Below are positions 63,588 to 64,000 of a DNA stretch of 64,000 bases, one piece after another. The position numbers and the translations under genes were made by a program. Position 1 is the stretch's first letter. Every line of letters begins with the position of its first letter. Source of the DNA: Convolutriloba macropyga (lineage: Eukaryota); the NCBI RefSeq assembly GCF_964194025.1, contig NC_134468.1:13144001-13208000 (forward strand), given 5' to 3'. The notes beneath the pieces are model-generated. The model did no database searches. It had not been told where the DNA came from and saw only the letters and a list, made by a program, of their open reading frames with translations.

Positions 63588-63886
63588 CCGGAATCCTCGG
63601 AGGTCAAATGCCTGGAGGTGCAGCGGGCGCTGGCGGCGTAGGCGGGGCGGGGGCCGCAAGTCCTGCAGCGGCAGCAGCTGCCATGAATGCTGCCCTGGGA
63701 AGAAGTAACTACTCAGTTGTGATATCTGAATCGGGCCACCAACAACCCACCCCATTCCCCCCTGACTACAACAAGGGGCCAGACATCCCCGTGCGCGTGA
63801 GTGAGTTCGCGACCCTGGACCACGGTGATGTTGTATGTGCAGTCACAATTTCAAATAACAACAAATTTGTCTACACTGGCGGAAAG
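63588..63886 (+). CDS. gro: Groucho/TLE exon 11 (end of SP, first WD40 repeat); gene continues beyond window
   Basis: cttcag|CC GGA ATC...AAG|GTAAGC; NYSVVISESGHQQPTPFPPD...[25 protein letters not shown] versus TLE QMQPVPFPPD...[26 protein letters not shown]. Confidence 0.97.
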
Positions 63887-64000
63887 GTAAGCATTTTGTA
63901 TGAAAATTTTCATTGTCCACTGTCTTAGAAGTCGGCCTAGTTGGGCGTTATCTTTTTCCCTAATTGACAAGAAAATTACTTTAATAACCTTTCGGTTGAA

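Overview
AT-rich eukaryotic (metazoan) genomic DNA in two halves. (1) ~32.4 kb to the window end: the 5' two-thirds of a groucho/TLE co-repressor gene on the + strand. Eleven coding exons were reconstructed by hand with GT-AG boundaries and consistent phases, covering the Q domain, GP, CcN, SP and the start of WD40 repeat 1; the gene runs off the window. It has a CCAAT/E-box/YY1 promoter, and its introns carry MITEs, tRNA-derived SINE heads, a long repeat family, microsatellites and one 227-N assembly gap. (2) 1 to ~29 kb: no intact gene. This half holds two minisatellite types, a 2x ~2 kb tandem duplication, a ~7 kb block duplicated with a decayed Ty3/Gypsy retrotransposon inside it (gag knuckles, protease, RT, RNase H, integrase remnants on the - strand), and a 4x728 bp tandem array. 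Between these lie heavily frameshifted + strand fragments that read like leucine-rich-repeat (LRR) receptor genes (moderate confidence). I found no demonstrably new biological system. The best leads are a possible AES/Grg5-like short isoform by intronic polyadenylation, a possible internal promoter giving a Q-less isoform, and the LRR-gene graveyard. No database searches were run; family calls rest on remembered consensus motifs.
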